Shown here: positions 60,789 through 64,000 of the stretch, one piece after another
How the letters are laid out: every line of letters starts with the position of its first letter
Numbering within the stretch: the first letter of the stretch is position 1
Notes under the pieces: model-generated
Seen by the model: only the letters and a program-made list of their open reading frames with translations
The model's database searches: none
What the model was told of the DNA's origin: nothing
Position numbers and translations under genes: made by a program
Source of the DNA: Candidatus Bathyarchaeota archaeon
Lineage (GTDB): Archaea > Thermoproteota > Bathyarchaeia > Bathyarchaeales > Bathycorpusculaceae
Direction: 5' to 3'
NCBI GenBank assembly: GCA_963768425.1
Contig: CAVYHV010000009.1
Location: 32,001-96,000 of the forward strand
Length of the DNA: 64,000 nucleotides

Positions 60789-60908
60789 AATATCAAAGTC
60801 CTGTAAGGATTCAACGTATTGTGCCTCGCCTTAAAGAGGTTCTGTGAAGTCTCCGTCTAGAATGGGGTTCATGTGAAAAATCGTCTAGTGCCATTCTTTT
60901 TCTCTAAG

Positions 60909-61301
60909 CTAATGATAGTTTAGAATCACAATATTCGAAATAGTAATCAAAAAACAAACTAGTGGAAAAACCCATTTTCGCTGTGTTTTTATGTCATAAT
61001 CAAAAGCATAGACAAACCATAAGAAGAATGAACCAAAAACAGCCGTTGAAATCCCAAAATAATAGTTTAAATTTGACAGCATGAAGGCATCCATGTAAGG
61101 GGACAGCACATCAAACAAGATAACTAATGAAATTATCAGAAGGATAGAATAAAAGAAAAGATACCAGAATTTTATGAATTTATTATTAAAGAAAACTTTG
61201 CCAAAATGATGGCTTCTTATTGTAATTATGAAGTCGGAAATTATGGCTGAAACCATTGTGCCTAATACGAGAGCGGTGTAATGCACAATTTCCGTAATCA
61301 A
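60909..61301 (-). CDS. Hypothetical membrane protein (AT-rich island)
   Basis: About four TM segments, low GC. Confidence 0.5.
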   Translation of the reverse strand: MITEIVHYTALVLGTMVSAIISDFIITIRSHHFGKVFFNNKFIKFWYLFFYSILLIISLVILFDVLSPYMDAFMLSNLNYYFGISTAVFGSFFLWFVYAFDYDIKTQRKWVFPLVCFLITISNIVILNYH

Positions 61302-61341
61302 GTCTCGTTATTTCCTCACGCTTTTTTCTAATAGAATTGCT

Positions 61342-61518
61342 ATGAAAACTTTAAGAAAAGTGGGGCTTATCTGGGTGCTTTGTTTTATCATGGGTTTGCT
61401 AGTCTTCGCTATCGGCGGTGTTATCTCTTTTTCTTTGCTTAGCCTTATAGGTTTTCTCATAATAGGTGTCGGTTTTGGTTTTCTTTTAGGCTTTGCATAT
61501 TCAAAGCAATACGCTTGA
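61342..61518 (+). CDS. Small two-TM protein (58 aa)
   Basis: MKTLRKVGLIWVLCFIMGLLVFAIGG...GFAYSKQYA. Confidence 0.45.
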   Translation: MKTLRKVGLIWVLCFIMGLLVFAIGGVISFSLLSLIGFLIIGVGFGFLLGFAYSKQYA

Positions 61519-61524
61519 TGATTT

Positions 61525-61701
61525 TCACTTATTTTTAAGTATTTTAATTTGAATTGTAAGCTCTCCGCCTTCTGCTTTAATTTGCCAATCTAGTTTGTCA
61601 TCTTCGGTTAATCCGAATTGTTTTACTACGCTCATGGGTACTGTTGTTCTAAGGGATTCGCCTTTGTTTGTGGCTTTGTTTAAATAAGTTATATCTCCCA
61701 T
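61525..61701 (-). CDS. AbrB/MazE-type DNA-binding protein (58 aa, not in the ORF track)
   Basis: MGDITYLNKATNKGESLRTTVPMSVVKQFGLTEDDKLDWQ...; GAGGT SD upstream. Confidence 0.75.
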   Translation of the reverse strand: MGDITYLNKATNKGESLRTTVPMSVVKQFGLTEDDKLDWQIKAEGGELTIQIKILKNK

Positions 61702-61750
61702 TTATTTTACCTCTTTTCAGGTATGCTTATGGTTAAGGCATTATATTAAT

Positions 61751-61824
61751 CTTACCTATTCAATTACCTAAATATTTATAAGTGGGGTAAGTATATAGGT
61801 AAAATAGGTAACAAAGAAGGTAAG
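61751..61824. promoter_or_regulatory. Divergent promoter with an inverted TTACC/GGTAA repeat array
   Basis: TTACCTA x2, central TAAATATTTATA, then GGTAA x4. Confidence 0.6.
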
Positions 61825-61828
61825 CACA

Positions 61829-62944
61829 ATGATGACTGAAAACCTCAGAGAAGAAAAAGGCAAGGCAATAGCCCAATCAGCCAATCAGGTAAACCGAATA
61901 GACGATTACCTATACACAGTAAAATCTCAATCTGGAAATGGCGATTACGCTGTTACAAAAGTTGATGATGAATGGGTTTGCCAATGCCCAGACAACACTT
62001 ACAGACATATCCCATGCAAACACATCCATGCAGTAAACTTCTCACTCACTCTAAGAGCAACCGTCAAAGAGCGAACAATCGCTCCAATCGAAAACCTAAG
62101 CGAATGTATCTTTTGCGGGTCACATAACCTTATGAAAGCGGGAAAACGCAAAAACAAAGCAGTAACCATCCAAAAATATCTTTGCCGAGACTGCCACAAA
62201 TACTTCACATTCAACATAGGCTTTGAAAAAATGAAACATAACCCACAAGCGATAACGACAAGCCTTCAGCTATATTTCAGCGGTGAAAGCTTAAGAAATA
62301 CAATGAACGCCTTAGAACTAATGGGTGTCAAAGTCTCTTACCGAACAATCCTAAACTGGATAAAGAAGTACATAGCCCTAATGAAAGACTACACCGAAAA
62401 AATAACTCCAAATGTCAGCGACACATGGAGAGCAGACGAAATTTACCTCAAAATTTCGGGAAATATGAAATATCTGTTCTCAATGATGGATGACGAAACA
62501 AGGTTCTGGATAGCTCAAGAAGTAGCAGAAAGCAAAGATCGTCATGACGCAAGAAACCTCTTAAGAATGTCTAAAGAGCTAATGGGTAAAAAACCAATGA
62601 CCTTCATAACCGATGGACTCCCAGCTTATCATGACGCATACAAAAAAGAGTTTTGGACACTGAGAAATCCAAGAACCGAACACATAAGCCACATAGCCCT
62701 AAGAGGCGATCACAACAATAACAAAATGGAACGCATGAATGGAGAAATCCGTGACCGAGAAAAGACTATGAGAGGCTTAAAGAAAACGGATACAGACATT
62801 CTCAAAGGCTACCAAATTTACCATAATTATGTTCGACCTCATGAAGCTTTAGACGGCAAAACCCCTTCCGAAGCATGCGGAATAACGATTGAGGGAAAGA
62901 ACAAGTGGTTAACCCTTATTCAGAATGCAAGCAAAAAGAGTTAA
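61829..62944 (+). mobile_element. IS6-family-like DDE transposase with N-terminal SWIM and zinc-ribbon domains
   Basis: SWIM CQC..CKH; CIFC..CRDC; HTH; DDE WRADE / ITDG / NNKMER; YHNYVRPH..L.GKTP. Confidence 0.85.
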
Positions 62945-62957
62945 AATGTTTTGTATT

Positions 62958-63476
62958 CTAAACTTTGCTTTCTTCTTTGTCTTCAAAATTTTGCCTTGTT
63001 TTCTTACCCACAAATTCAAAAGAGTTAGGTTTGGCATGAACGCAATATATCTTGTATTTGTCTGCCATGCCTATTGCATCTATGTCAAAACCTTCGCTTG
63101 CAACGAGCATTAGCATGTTTGGAGTCCATTTCTGTAAGTCACTGCCTTGCTCATTGAGGTCTTTTACATCCTTTGCACATTCAATAAGCTTGGTTACGTT
63201 GACTCGTTTTATTTTGAAGGCTTTGCATTCTACCCAAAGGTGACTCTTGAAAAGACTTCCTGTTATTCCATGAACATCAACGTCATAAGGTCTTTGTGAG
63301 ACTTTTCCCCTTGCAGAATCATGTGAGCATTTATATCCAAATTGGCTTGTTAGCCATTTTGAAGCTCGTTTTTCAAGGCTAACTCCCTTTTCATAGGCAG
63401 TTAATCTTATTTTTTTCTTTGCTTGTGATAATTTATTAGGTGCTTTAGCTTTAGAAACCGTTATTTTCTTTGACGT
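62958..63476 (-). CDS. PD-(D/E)xK restriction-endonuclease-like (Mrr-type) protein with an ACG start
   Basis: 173-codon open frame: KG.SLE....YDVDVHG...WVECK...V.KL...MLVASEGF..DA..MA; no early ATG. Confidence 0.7.
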   Translation of the reverse strand, partial: TSKKITVSKAKAPNKLSQAKKKIRLTAYEKGVSLEKRASKWLTSQFGYKCSHDSARGKVSQRPYDVDVHGITGSLFKSHLWVECKAFKIKRVNVTKLIECAKDVKDLNEQGSDLQKWTPNMLMLVASEGFDIDAIGMADKYKIYCVHAKPNSFEFVGKKTRQNFEDKEESKV

Positions 63477-63566
63477 TTAACAAACCTAACGATTATTTGA
63501 TTGCTTTTCTTTTTAAAACTTTCCAAAAATCTCCAGAAGACAGAAAAACAAGATATTGAAAAAAAG

Positions 63567-64000
63567 TTAGAGGGTTTTCTTCAAAGCGCTATAGAGTTTG
63601 TCAGTAAGTTTTTCGGCTCTTTCCATGTCCTTTATTGGAACTTGAATGCCAGTGTCTTCTCCGCCATTATAATAGGGAATATTGTTTTCGTCAAGAGTTT
63701 TCAATATCTGCTTAACCACTTTTTCATTTGCCGAGTTGTTCTTTTCTTCAATGTCATCTTTGTTTATGAGTCTGTCAAAATCTTTGTTGTTTTCCCAAAA
63801 GTATGAGTCTGATACTCCCATTGATTTAGCTTCTATTTTTGGCTTGTTTTCGTCAACTGTTGGCAAGTCAAAACGGTTAGGAGCTGAAAGCCACTGTTCA
63901 ATATTTTTTGCTCTTGGAGCTTTCAAGCTTCGGTCTATAGCTTTCGCATGAGGGGTTCGCCTTGCTTGAACTCTTCTAGCCCTTCTCAACTGATTGCCAT
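63567..64000 (-). CDS. Hypothetical protein, frame open to the window edge (possibly partial)
   Basis: Basic N-terminal part 'RRARRVQARR..AIDRSLKA..W...PNRFDLP'. Confidence 0.5.
   Translation of the reverse strand, partial: GNQLRRARRVQARRTPHAKAIDRSLKAPRAKNIEQWLSAPNRFDLPTVDENKPKIEAKSMGVSDSYFWENNKDFDRLINKDDIEEKNNSANEKVVKQILKTLDENNIPYYNGGEDTGIQVPIKDMERAEKLTDKLYSALKKTL

Noticed and set aside
60841-60900. tRNA integration site at the island boundary
   Set aside because: No cloverleaf or T-loop (GTTCRA) consensus is recognisable.

Overview
This is an archaeal chromosomal segment; the gene set and style suggest Bathyarchaeia, which is an inference. Housekeeping and metabolic genes include leuS, pyrI, RNase HI, HIT, NUDIX, MazG-like, pstS, two ABC exporters, a CHASE4 histidine kinase, an M16 peptidase, an M50-CBS protease and a SelB-like factor. 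DNA-processing genes include an orphan nurA-herA pair, a 1450-aa Cas4/RecB-like nuclease-SF1B helicase fusion, and a PolB2-type polymerase whose usual small partner gene lies about 15 kb away but shares a 39-nt upstream motif with it. A pterin/methanopterin-type cluster encodes a GTP cyclohydrolase, a CExxHGH PTPS, two RFAP-synthase paralogues, DUF1464 and MptE. An AT-rich mobile island at the right edge carries an AbrB gene, a SWIM-domain IS6-type transposase and an ACG-start restriction-like nuclease. Non-coding signals are two candidate structured RNAs (about 27.27-27.41 kb and 57.04-57.27 kb) and a dispersed repeat family built from 10-bp periodic arrays plus an A-rich core. Many genes at about 14 kb and 35-47 kb carry mostly +1 indels that look like assembly errors. 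No tRNA, rRNA or CRISPR array was recognised.
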